From NCBI GenBank assembly GCA_964270895.1, contig OZ185438.1: a stretch of 64,000 nucleotides of DNA; one strand, given 5' to 3'. This document shows, one piece after another, positions 35,110-48,535 of this stretch. The notes under the pieces were generated by a model. That model was not told the DNA's origin. It did no database searches and was given only the letters and a program-made list of their open reading frames with translations. The position numbers and the translations under genes are program-made. This stretch comes from Podarcis filfolensis. Lineage: Eukaryota. Every line of letters begins with the position of its first letter. Position 1 is the stretch's first letter.

Positions 35110-36234
35110 ATAGAGTACGTCTTTCCTGCCAGATGTTTTCACTTGCCCTCTGAGCATGCCATTCTGCAGGCTAGAAATGCTGTGGTATCTCCTCTACAGA
35201 TCCCGTTGCTGGATCCAGGATGGGGCTGTGCAGGATGTGAATATGTGGGCTACTTGACCAAGCCCCCCCCCACGCACCATTTGAAGATAGCTTAGAAGTA
35301 GATTAAGAATACAAATATATATCCAATGAAATCACCATATTGCAACGAAACAAAAAGAACCGAGAGTTAAAAACCAGAGAAATGCTAAAAAATAATTTGT
35401 AGTGGGAAAGTTGCAGAAAGCAGCAGTGTTACCCTGGCTCTAAGACTATGGAGGATTGCTGTCACTCGAACAGCGGAAGCAGAAATATCCTGCTAAAATT
35501 GCTTAAGGCACATTTGTTCTGGTAATGGGGGAATACTTTAAAACAGTGGTTATGAAAGGGTGTGGCAGTAAGATTCAAGGACAATCAAAGAAACTTGTAA
35601 ACATTTCAGTGAACTATTCTGAAAGTGTGGGTCAGAGAAAAAGATTTGAAAAACACTGCTAAAATATACTATAGTACTGGAATTAGGATGAAAACTGGAT
35701 AGAGTATGGTTTCCCCTTTATTTCCACTAGGTGGGGGTGCAGAGTTAGGAACAACTTTTTTGCTTGCATGACTGCAGCAAAACAACCCTTGAAATTACGT
35801 CTGGAGTTATAATACTTTCTTCATTTCACAATCTTTTGCAACAGATTAAAAATTTTAAGGTTGCTTATGCAAACTTCTCACTAGAGTTTTCATTTTCTGG
35901 GCTTTGAATGATAGCATTTGAATACCTAGTTTGCAAACTCCATGAAGAGGCACCCTGGTGCAGCCACATTGACAGGCTATAGTTCTTGGCAACTGGAATA
36001 TGTTCATCTGTGCTGAAGCTGGACCATGTGGCTACGCTAGCTCACAGGTTAACTTCCTCTATGTGGAGGAATTTAAGCCATCATAAACTCTTTATGCATG
36101 AACAATAGCTCTGAAGGCTCCCATCTACAAATTGGTAAGCCTGATAAGAAAACAAAGAATGTAATAAAGGGAACATAGTGGCATGAATTTGACTGTCTTA
36201 ATTAGTATAATTGGGCCTCTCACCTTGATGGAAA

Positions 36235-36555
36235 TGTCACGCCCCCCCCTTCCCTTTGGCATGTGAAACTCTTTAGCCAGTGGGAGAGGGGCAGAGGAAC
36301 TTCCGTTGCAGTTTTGAAACTGGACAGAAGCAGAGTTTGGATAATTTTGAGCTCTAAATTTAGCTAGGGTGGAAGCAGCCTGCGTAGGTGTGGCATGTGT
36401 GCAGATCTAGACTGTTGCTTTGGGAAACTGATGCCATATTAGGAGTTTTGCTGTAGTTCTGCTTCCGTTAGGTTCCGCTGTGTATTTGTAAATACAGCAA
36501 AGCTGATATTACACTGAATGTGCTTTCTCATTCTCTCCCCCGCCCCCCGCCGCCC

Positions 36556-36589
<34 letters not shown>

Positions 36590-36727
36590 CCTTTCTATCC
36601 AGGTAGTGACTACTCCAGCGCACTTCATCTTTCAGAGAAGTGAGGAGTAGCCGACTTTGGCAGAAGTCTCACTGGAGTGGAAAACTGATCTGGTGCACAT
36701 GCCAAGATAAAGTAAACAGAGCTAACA
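36235..36727. mobile_element. Possible solo LTR with an internal (CT)n(CA)n microsatellite
   Basis: TGTCAC...TAACA termini with GAAA/GCAA flanks (imperfect TSD). No second copy in the window to confirm. Confidence 0.35.
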
Positions 36728-36912
36728 GCAATCAGACAATTTCACCAGGAGATGATAGAAGCCATTATAAGAAAGAATGGTGAAATCAAATTAGTGATTT
36801 GCCAAGGAACTTAAATCAACCCTGAAGGAGAATTTGATCAGCAGCCACAAGGTGTGAAAGTTGATGTGAGAGGCCAGCTGCAGAGCATCCAGTCAAGGTG
36901 GGTTGAGGAGAT

Positions 36913-37533
36913 TTATAATGAACTGAAAAAAATGTTGAAATATACATTTATAAAGAAACCAGAGGCCTTTCTTCTTGGAATAACAGGTTTGGAATTGCCC
37001 AAGAAAGATGTAAAATTATTTTTGTATGCCACAACTGCTGCTCATATTTTGTTAGCTAAAAAGTGGAAAACCCAAGAATTACCAACAATAGAAGAATGGC
37101 AGTTGAAGATGATGGATTTTTCGAAGCTAGCTGACCTAACCAGAAGAGTCCGCGACCAGAAGGAGGAGGAGTATCAGGAAGAATGGAATAAATTTAATGA
37201 TTATTTAGTTAAATTTGTTAAGTTAAATTAATTGAAAATAGCTTGCAGATACTTAATTGACTTAGGATTTTATTTATGTTAAGTGATGAATTAATATGTT
37301 TAATTTCGTAAGGTGAAGATTTAAGGATGTTAATGTTTAAGTTAAATTTCATAAGAATTGAGATTTGGAAAACCATTAAAAGGACATGCAATGAAATTCA
37401 TCCAAGGGGAAGTGAGGAAGCCACTTAAAGTTAATAAGTGTAATTTTCAAATGAATTATGTTTGTCTTGTGTGTTTGTTTGTTTGTTTGTTTATAATATT
37501 GTGAAAACCAATAAAATTTTTGGGGAAAAAAAG
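36913..37533 (+). mobile_element. L1-clade LINE, 5'-truncated
   Basis: KKPEAFLLGI...LFLYATTAAHILLAKKWK ORF2 end, AATAAA, A tail and a 14-bp TSD TGGGTTGAGGAGAT. Confidence 0.9.
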
Positions 37534-38126
37534 ATGGGTTGAGGAGATCTATTTAGTATTATTGTCATGTTTAGTTTATATACTGCCCTTTATCCGAAGA
37601 TGTCAGGGCGGTTCACAAGATGAAAATACAGGCTAAAACACAGCCATTAATGAGATGGCTAAGTACTTGATAGTTTGGATAGATAGATATAGATAATATG
37701 CAGCATAACAGCATTAACTTATAACAAAGAACAATTATGAGTAAGCACACACTTATTGTCTTTGTGAACACTTGGGTTGTGTACTGCCAGCTGAGAATTG
37801 AGAGACTTTAGGTCAAAGTAGCTGTGACATGGGAGATCAGATATATGGCTAGGATCTCTGAATTCTTTTTTTTAGAAACAGCCCAAGGAAAACACTCTGC
37901 TTCAGCTAAGCAAGTCTCAATCCAGTCAGTACACAGATGCAGGATTTCCTGGGAACCCTATGTACATCATCTTGCATTCCATGGAAGTTGATTTGATCAC
38001 CAAATCCAACAGCTGCCATAATACCAAGGGAGCCCTTTTCTCTCTATGCTGGGAACCAAGGGAACCCTTTTCTCTTTATGCTGTTTTCCCAATTAAAATG
38101 GCCTCCTCTTCAACAAGTTATTTTCC

Positions 38127-38365
38127 CTAGTGTGGTGTAGTGGTTAAGAGCGGTAGACTCCTAATCTGGTGAACCGGGTTCGCGTCTCCGCTCCTCCACA
38201 CGCAGCTGCTGGGTGACCTTGGGCTAGTCACACTTCTTTGAAGTCTCTCAGCCCCACTCACCGAGTGTTTGTTGTGGGGGAGGAAGGGAAAGGAGAATGT
38301 TAGCCGCTTTGAGACTCCTTCAGGTAGTGATAAAGCGGGATATCAAATCCAAACTCTTCTTCTTC
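38127..38365 (+). mobile_element. Squam3-type SINE
   Basis: A box TGGTGTAGTGG, B-box-like GGGTTCGCGTCTCC and a (CTT)n tail. Confidence 0.85.
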
Positions 38366-39231
38366 ATCTGTGGTGAACATACAAGAACCATAGAGCAACC
38401 CGTATGTGTTCCTTCACAGATCAAACTGGTGGACAGGGAATTTTTAATTGGGGTTGACACACGTACTTTTCTTTCTCTAGTATGATTTGGTTGCACACAG
38501 CTGCCACTTTGATCTTTGGAAACAAACTGTGGGAGAGCCTACTGAAAACGGGCTGACGAGTTTCAGCCCATCAGCAATGACCACAGGTTGCCCACCAGGG
38601 CTGTAATGTCAGAAGCGAGCAGGTAGTAAATCACACCATGCAAGTTGGGGTCAACTCTTTATTAGCAAAAACACCTTCTGTCCAGGAGTGTCAGGCCTAA
38701 TGAGTACAGCAGCTCACCCCCCCCCCAGGTGGTCTTGCTACATGGATCAGTTGCCAAGATGGAAAGTTCCTGCCTCCCCACAGCCGTCTTAAGTCCCCTC
38801 CTCTCCAGGGTTTTCCCCAAGCAATCGCAGACTGCAGACCAAGAGCTATGAAGTTTGGTGCTGGAGAGGGTGTGACCCGGTGGAATGAAAAGCACAAATG
38901 AAGGAGTGTGAGAAGGAAAACATTGGCAATGGCCAAACGCTTCAGAAGAAAATCGCATGATTTGAAACAATCGGCCAAGTATTTGCTATAGGCCAATCGT
39001 AACAAAACAGCAAACAAACCTATGGTCACATAAAGCATCCTCAATAATCACATGAGACATAACCGGCTGTGTTCTTAGATAAATAAGGTATACTATTCAT
39101 TGTATCAAATGATGGACCTTATGCGTGAACTGACTAGAGAATGATCTGATCCACTGGGTCTTCTGCTTTGTTCATTTGTTGAACTTTATGAGTTACTTCT
39201 GTTGAAATTTACAATTTGATACAATGAATAA

Positions 39232-39585
39232 AGTAAAGGTAAAGGGACCCCTGATCATTAGGTCCAGTCGTGGCTGACTCTGGGGTTGCGGCGCTCATTT
39301 CGCTTTATTAGCCGAGGGAGCCGGCGTACAGCTTCCGGGTCATGTGGCCAGCATGACTAAACCGCTTCTGGCGAACCAGAGCAGTGCACGGAAACGCTGT
39401 CTACCTTCCCACCGGAGCGGTACCTATTTATCTACTTGCACTTTGACGTGCTTTTGAACTGCTAGGTTGGCAGGAGCTGGGACCGAGCAACGGGAGCTCA
39501 CCCCGTCGCAGGGATTCAAACTGCCGACCTTCTGATCGGCAAGTCCTAGGCTCTGTGGTTTAACCCACAGCGCCACCCATGTCCC
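39232..39585 (-). mobile_element. Sauria SINE, full length
   Basis: Homologous to the other copies; 13-bp TSD GATACAATGAATA. Confidence 0.92.
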
Positions 39586-42221
39586 TCTGGATACAATGAA
39601 TAGTATCTTATTTATCTAAGAACACAGCCGGTTACGTCTTGTAGGCCAATCGTATACCTCTAATGTGCAAATATATATATATATATTTCAGGGTCCTTTC
39701 CAACTCTACAATTTTTTTTAATCCAGGCCTTTCCAAACAAATATACAAGATGCAACTAAAACAGACTTCCAAAAGTGCTTTGTTAGCCCAGAGCAAAGCA
39801 AAAATAACATTTTGTGGTGACAAGCCAGCTCTAGGGTCCTCCCACCCATGGAGTGGCCATTCTATTCTACTAGCTATTCAAGCTTTTAACACCAAGTAGT
39901 GTTTGGCTGAACTTACTTTTGACATTTCCACATGGAATATCAGCTTCAACTTCCAACTGGAAAGGATTCAAGAGTTTCATTACAAAGACTTTAGGTTTAC
40001 TGTCCTATGTGGGGAATGCGGCTGTGTATCTTGAAGTGACTATGTTTCTTGAAATGATTGTTGAATTTGCTGTTGTTGGCAGGTCATGATTAAGCTGAGC
40101 ATCTCCTTTGGGTAATTAAGACTCTAAAGAAGGTTCAGCTCTCTTGTATCCAGGGCAAATGAACCTAGATTTGCACCACCTATGAATTTAATCTGACATG
40201 TCTTGCTCACCACAATTTTAAAGAAGTTTCCTAAATAATGGCATTGCCAGATCCTGTTAACAGATACAGGATAACATTAACACTCATTTGAATGTTCTGC
40301 CTTGAGTTTTGCTACCTGGCCAATTTAACACAATTCCACTTAAGGAACTTCTTGTCCCTGTGGAATTGGAGAAGAGTATGTGGGCTATGCTTTTTAAATA
40401 TTGCAGTTGGAGTCAGGAATCCAGAGGAAGGCTGATTCGTCTTCTTTAACAACTGTACTCTGGTCTCTTACTGTTCGAGTGATGAATGGTTCTTATGCTA
40501 TTGAACAGGTAGCTGTTGATTTTTTCTTTCATCAAAATTAATTAGGAAGCAGGTGTCATTTTTTTCTGCTGGTGCCCCTGTGAATCTTAGATTACCCTGT
40601 GTGTTAATTTTCATTGGCGATCATAATAAATGATCTATGTTATAGTGTGATGCTCTAGTACTTTTTTCAAACTTTCCTCAATATGTTCACGCAGATGGGA
40701 GCAGGAAATTTTGGCACAAAGGTAGTTTCTTCTTCTGAAAATTGTGGGTTGATACCAGTCTAGAGATGTTCCATTGAAATTGACACAGCACTTACTTCTA
40801 AATAAGCACGCTTTAGTCTTAACAAAAGCACAACTCATGCCTGTTAGATGCAACACCTTATCACAGGGGTTGGGAATGTTCTTGGCTCCACAGGCCAGTT
40901 CCTTATTGGGATTGGCCTTGCGAGCCAAATCTGACAGGTAGTTGGGGCTTCCCAACTGTTAAATCACATGGCACCATTATATCACATGAGGGGGGGTGTC
41001 AAACTGTTTTGCAAGTCTCTTTGCCACTTCTCAGATGCAAGTCCCACCTGCCCATCCCATGGGCAACAAAAAGGGTTCTTAGGAGCCAGCCATACCCTCT
41101 AGTCTTCCATTCCATTTACTCCACCTATATGGTTTTCTGCTTCACCTCTAGTAGTTAAGCAGGATTCCATGCTCATTGAACACGCAGGGTCCCCATTGAA
41201 ACCCCCCCTCCGGCTTGCTACTTCCCCTATTGTGCATGAATGGTGCTGTTTTGGTTATGTAAGGATCTACACTTGGATAAAGGAATTCACCTTTTAATAC
41301 ACAGAGTAAACTCAGCACGAAAGGATTCCAATCAGCATTCTTTTAGTGATACACTAGATAGCTATTTACGTTGTTTGTTTCAAGATACAGAGGACCAAAA
41401 AAGAGTGACAGAACACACTAATTTTTTAAAAACTTATGCACTACACATGTGCAGGCCATGTTGATGGCCAATTAGGACCTTTTAGCCCTGCTGCTGTCAT
41501 TTCTTCCTGCAACAGCAAAGAGCTTGCATGTGGCTATCTGCAGAGAAATTCCAATGCACAAGCACCTCTTCATATGCAGGGGCTCCTGTGAATCAGACAA
41601 CTGTGAAACAATGTCCTAAATGTGTAGAGCCTGTATACTTGAGCAGGTACAACTATTACAAGAAGTAGTATCTTACATGTGTGCCATGCTAATGGGATTT
41701 CAGTATTAAATTAGTGCGGGAAACTGTAATTATCCAAATAGATTCTCAGATTGAGTGTGTATATGTTTATACATGTTTTAAGTCCTAAGTATAGAGGATG
41801 ACTTTTCGCTAGTAAACCACATTGAAGCCCGTATGCCTTAACATTGTCACACTATGTTTTATTTCAGTTTTGTCCCTTACTATGCTGTGTAGTATTTCAC
41901 TTCATAATGGGGGTTTCTGTGGTTTTATATTTTTCTCCCCTTGATAAATACTAAATGCACCCATCGTGCTCCTGAATTGTGAGAAATAGCAAAATCAGAG
42001 GTTGAATTACGTTTTATCCAGGACTAAAAAAAAACCCCAAAACGTTATCTGCCTCATCCTTCCAGCAGGAGGTTCCACCCCTATTAGGAATGTCCCCTAG
42101 CAACATCAGGCAAAATTCTATTATACTGTTCACTTAATGTCACTGCATATTGAAAAGCTCTGGCAGCCAAATGACAGACGTAAGACAGATACTGCTGCTG
42201 CACAAAAACACAAAACTAAAA

Positions 42222-43413
42222 TGCAAGGTGGAGTTTGCTTGTTTATTTTAAATTCAGTTTGTAAAGGTCCCTTTAGAAACGAAAAGATACAAACACAAGT
42301 TAAGCACACAGTTTGCTTTTAGTTCAACACTTTCTCCATCCATCAATTTTACCCAAAAATCACAAAAGTAATATTACAAAGCTTTCGCAGTGCACGTTTA
42401 CATATTCTGCATATACATCTATTCACTCTTTAAACAATGCATTTCCATTGAATTTGGCTTAAAAAACAACAACAACACAGCCCCTACATCAGGCTGGAAA
42501 TATATAACATTTTAAAGCAATGTGTTTTTCCTCTTAAAAAAAGAAAAATATATTCATGTTATACGAGTAACAAAACATGAAGCTGAAATATATTGACCAG
42601 ACAACATTTCAACGAGTAACAGTTTTTTGTTATAATTCACATACATAGTAAAAAGGTGCCATCATGCCATTCTGTGAGCTATGGTAAAATAGCATGCATA
42701 TCTGCAGCAAAGCAAAAGGAAAAAGTGCCCCGTTTCTGCTTTCAGTTGTATACTAGGAATCAGTTTTGTGAACTTTATAATACAAAAAGCTAATCATTTT
42801 TTTTAAAAAAGCAGCAACCCAAATGTAACTATGAAACAAAACGTATCAAGAACTATACAACCACTACTTACTGCATTTATAAGTAGTTCATTTATTAACT
42901 TATTAAAAGAAAAGCCACTCCTTTTGAGAAGCGAGGCAACAGGTTGCGTCAACTGCTTTTCCTGTCACCACCCACTCCTTGCATAGTCATAGCTGGCACT
43001 GATATTGCTTACCATAGTCTCAACAGATATATCTTAAATTAGAGAATTTGTACTTTCCTAATATCAAAAATGAGATTCTTGCCACAAAGTTTAGTTTTAA
43101 AAGAGCTTAATTAAAGAGAAAAACAAAAGTACAGTGTTTATAAGCGTAGGAAAAAAAGTACAAAACTAGAACTCGTCATAAAAAAGACCAAACATTCCAT
43201 TGAAAAAGCACCTATTCGTATAACTAATGGATTCTGTGCATGCAAAACTAGAAGCATAAGGCTATCAAGTGTCAAATCCTCTTAAACAACGTGTAAAAAC
43301 TGTTACTTGCTGCATCCTTCAGATTATACTGCCCCCCCAGGCAAATTACATTGCTTAGTAGTATTTTTCCAAAATATGTTCCGACGCCCACAAAAAATGT
43401 GGTATTGACAACT
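42222..43413 (-). terminator. ANKRD10 3' UTR with AATAAA at 42247-42242 (second AATAAA at 42896-42891)
   Basis: On the minus strand AATAAA is followed about 25 nt later by the GU-rich TTTTAGTTTTGTGTTTTTGTG. The cleavage site is estimated. Confidence 0.7.
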
Positions 43414-43911
<498 letters not shown>

Positions 43912-46900
43912 TCAAAATAAAAGCTCTCTCCCATTTTATTGCAGTTTTATTAAAAGATTTCCAAATTAAGGTCAAAACAAACCCAGTACAGCCTCATGAT
44001 TTAGGCAATTATCGTTTACTAATACACCTTAGAAACAGAGGTGTCTGGTAAACATTTTATAAACAAAATTTCTGTACAAGGTGTAATTTAAATTTACATA
44101 CTGCTGCTCCAACTAAACTATGCTCAAAATGTTAATCGGTTAAGATCACAATCCTGCACATGCACTTCCTTGAAGATAAGCTCCACTGAAGATAAAGGAA
44201 TTTATTTTTAAGTTAAGATGCATAGGAGTTGTATGTAAGTACATTTCTAACAGTTATGAAAGGGATCATACAAAACTGCAAGCAATATTTTGGACAATCG
44301 GAGAAAGAAAAGGTTAGATGTACTTCTTAACTAGAATATAAAACTCCCTACTATGAAATACAAACTAAACGTGTGAGTAGTCTGGAATTTCAAAGCATTA
44401 AAGGTTACGCCAATATTAATTAACTCTGCTTTATTAAATTTCAGATGAGCACACAGTAAAGCAGGCATATCAAAAGCCTTATGCAAATGCAAGAATGATT
44501 ATGCAACATGTCTTAAGAGCAAAACTTATTTTATATTTAATATTGGGCACAGAATAAATCTATGTTCTTTCTTCCTTAGAGTAGAATTTCAAGAATCGGT
44601 ACAACCCAGCTGCAAAAACGCCATGAATGGCCACAGCAAAATGTATAAAGATCTGGTGTTTTTTAAAATTTTCACAACAAGCCAATGGTCTCTTTTCTCA
44701 ATACTCGTTAGTGCAAAATAATAGTTTTCTGTAAACATTATCTCATTAGTTATATTTCTTTTTAAAAGAGAAAGTTTATATGTAATGGGACTAGAGGCAG
44801 TAGCAGGACATAAAAATATCAATTTGGCAAAAATAAATTAAATCACCAAGATAAAATATTCTCTTACATGTAAAAAAAGGCATTTCTGTGTTTGACAAGT
44901 CAGTATTTTACATGGATTCTAGGGATGATCTTTGGGCACATGCAGAAGTTCATGAAAAAAATGAAGGTGTTTTTGCCTCATAGCTCAATTTCAGCCCTGT
45001 TTTGGCAAAATGCCATATTCTAGCAATACTATTCCCCCCAAAAAAATCATTAGGTGTATTAAAAAAATGGAAATATTATTTGGTATACCAGTATTTTATA
45101 TCAGTATGTTTAAAAGAAGGCAGCATCTGTTAGCAGAATGGAGTAGGAATAATTTTTTGTGATTCCCCAGTTCTCTACAGCAGATGTGGGGGGACTGTAT
45201 TAGATACCATGCAAAATCGTTGGGCACTATACAGTTGTGACTGTCAGCTTCCTCTCCTTCCCCTGCAGCCACCCAAATTTGCTTTAGAGAGTTGGGGGAC
45301 ACTCAAACAGATTGTGGGATGGGGAAGACAGCAAGGGGAAATCTGTTCCAGCAACAATGAGCATCATCCATTAATTCAAATATAATGGAAACAACTCAAG
45401 TTGTTACGTAAGTTACTTAACAGCCTTACTCAACAAAAACCGCCTCATTAAAGTTTATGTAAGATTCACGTAGGCGTGTTTCTAATGACAATGTAAACAC
45501 TTACGTTGAATTTACTGGGACAACACAATGTGAAGAGTTACAATTAGTTTTCTATTTAAAAAGCAGTACCAAGGGTCATTAGATTCTGCCCCCTTCCATT
45601 TTATACAGCAATGGCTACAACCCAATCCACTTTATGTTCCTATACAACAGAGATGAGAAATATTCTCTCCAGAACGAATGTGCACATTAACAGATGCAAA
45701 AGTGCATCAGCAAGTCATTTAAAATATAGAACTACCACCAGTCTGAAGTTTTAACAGATCTGGGCTGATCCAGATTGTTGTGTAGAGCATGAAAAACATA
45801 CTCTAAGAGAATAGTGTGCGCAATCATCTCCATTCATCTCAGTGGAAGCTGAAGCAGCTCTGCACATTGTATGCTCTTTGCATGCATTTGGCAGCTTTCT
45901 CCACTGAAGTGACTGAGGAAGCCCTTAGGAGAAGAGATGAATTTTCATGCATTTCCAGCAGCCCTTGAAATGGGAAGAGTGACTAATGACTGGGCTTCAA
46001 CAAAGGAGTATGAATAGGATTTTCTTCATGGGTTGCAAATAGTAACTCAAGCCCCAAAGCGTCCATTAACTATCATTTTAGTTGAATACTAAAAATAAAA
46101 CCAAGACATAGATATCAGGTTGGATCCCTCAGTCCACTCTGGCAGCTTTAATAGCCCCCCCCAATGTTCCAAGGGACAGGGGACCCTGCTAAATGGGACA
46201 GGTTGTGCTAGGCCCCTCCAGGTAAAATCTGAAAACCAGATGGAGGCACTAGGTTTTGTGATTCCTCTCCCCTCTGCACCACATTCAGGAGGGCCCCCAA
46301 TACTCAGTGGGACACTTTCAGGGTACTGTCATGAGCAAGACTCATTAGACATGCTTGCCTCTGGACCCATCCTGTTGCTTTAACGCACTCAGGCTACTTT
46401 CGAAGCAAAACTGGTAGCATTCGCCGAGCTAAATTTACAATCCTATACACTGATTAGATGATTATTAAGGCAGTGCAATCAGCTTTACCTTTTTTAATTA
46501 CAATAAATAATTGCTGCATTAATCAAATGCTGAATATTCTTCCAAGAAGCAAGTAGGATCACCTCTGATCAAGGCACAAGGCATGCAGGTCTCTAGACAG
46601 GAACAACCACGGGATCATCTATCTGGATCTGTCATCAACATCTTCCCTCATATCTTACATCTTCTACAAAACTGATAATCTTGCTATTTAAAAAAGTCTT
46701 ATAAAGGTATTTTAGCAACGCAAATAAGTTTTAAGACTTTGGGACATGTGCAGTAAGATTAAGTTAGAGATAATATGCATACTGATTCTTGCAACGACAA
46801 GGAGTCTGCATTGCAGAAACTGTGTATATTTCAATCTCTTTGGGTCCAATAGAACCACTCTTCTGCATGGTATCTTCAACCATTTCAATGCTGTTGTGGT

Positions 46901-46924
46901 TAACAGGAAACTGTCCACTCCCAC

Positions 46925-47020
46925 CTGATATAACAGGAAATTCTCTATCAACATGCATATTGTCAGCATCATCTTCAGTTCCTCCATTTATCACAGATAT
47001 CAGACCACCAAAACTTTGAC
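46925..47020 (-). CDS. ANKRD10: ANKRD10 exon 5 (96 nt; QSFGGLISVINGGTEDDADNMHVDREFPVIS)
   Basis: TEDDADxMHVDREF motif. ACAG acceptor and a weak GTGGGA donor, phase 1-1. Confidence 0.92.
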
Positions 47021-47188
47021 CTGTTTAGGAAAAAATGATTTAACTGGTGAATATTTCTTATTTAATTACAGCAACATTTTATAGGTGGAATTTAAAGCTA
47101 GGCCTACTCAGACCAGCCCCTTCAAAAGTAACAAACACCCCATGGACTTCAGTAAGTCTACTGGACGAAACCGTATATTTAACCACTG

Positions 47189-47547
47189 TAAAGGTAAAGG
47201 GTAAAGGGGCCCCTGACCATTAGGTCCAGTCGTGGCTGACTCTGGGGTTGCGGTGCTCATTTCGCTTTATTGGCCGAGGGAGCCGGCATACAGCTTCCGG
47301 GTCATGTGGCCAGCATGACTAAGCTGCTTCTGGCGAACCAGAGCAGCGCACGGAAACGCCGTTTGCCTTCCCGCCGGAGTGGTACCTATTTATCTACTTG
47401 CACTTTGACGTGCTTTCAAACTGCTAGGTTGGCAGGAGCAGGGACCGAGCAACAGGAGCGCACCCCGTCACGGGGATTCGAACTGCCAACCTTCTGATCG
47501 GCAAGTCCTAGGCTCTGTGGTTTAACCCACAGCACCACCCGCGTCCC
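47189..47547 (-). mobile_element. Sauria SINE, full length, in ANKRD10 intron 4
   Basis: Homologous to the other copies; imperfect TSD TTTAACCACTGTA/TTTAACAAGTGTA. Confidence 0.92.
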
Positions 47548-48235
47548 TTTAACAAGTGTAGTTAGCATATTTAAGATAACTCACAGGGAAAAGTAAATTG
47601 GACAGGAACATTTTGAGACAGTTTCATTGGCATGGTTGAAAATAGTTCTAAGTTCATACAAGTTTCTTTACACAAGAGTGGACCACATGGCACAGGAGAC
47701 CGCGGTCTACATTCTGCACAGCAACTGCATCATGGGACATGCACAGCACCTGGTTTTAGGTTTTTAAGAGAGGAGAAAACGATGCGGGAAAATAAGAGTT
47801 CTTCTGTAGACAGAGATTTGGGTTGTGTCTGTTGCTGCAACACTGGGGTTGCACTGGTAAAAGGGACTTATTTCCTCTCCTTCCCCTATATGCCGACCCG
47901 CCCCCATCTGCTTGAGGGTTCCCCAACCAGATTTGAGGACAAATGGGGGGAGGGGGCTGGAGGAAACAAGAAAGTTCCATTGTGCAAACAGAAATCTCTT
48001 GTGACTGTAGAGCTGCCACCTCCAAACTTTTTTTAGCCAAGAAGAGTTCTTGGAGTAGTTGAAAGAGAACGGAGTTTGGGGGGGGGGGAACCCTTCGGTA
48101 CATGCACATATTGCGAGCTTCAGAAGTCTCCTGAATGAGCTCTGTGCAGGTGCTGAACCCACATGTGTGAGTGCACAGAGACCACAAAGAACCACCATGG
48201 TTTTCCATTAGGAATGAATTGGGCCTCTGCATTCA

Positions 48236-48535
<300 letters not shown>

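Noticed and set aside
38602-39004. Possible minus-strand solo LTR (TG...CA, TTTATT, CCAAT)
   Set aside because: Flanks GGGC and AAAC give no TSD, and the right end overlaps the 13-bp direct repeat of the neighbouring insertion.
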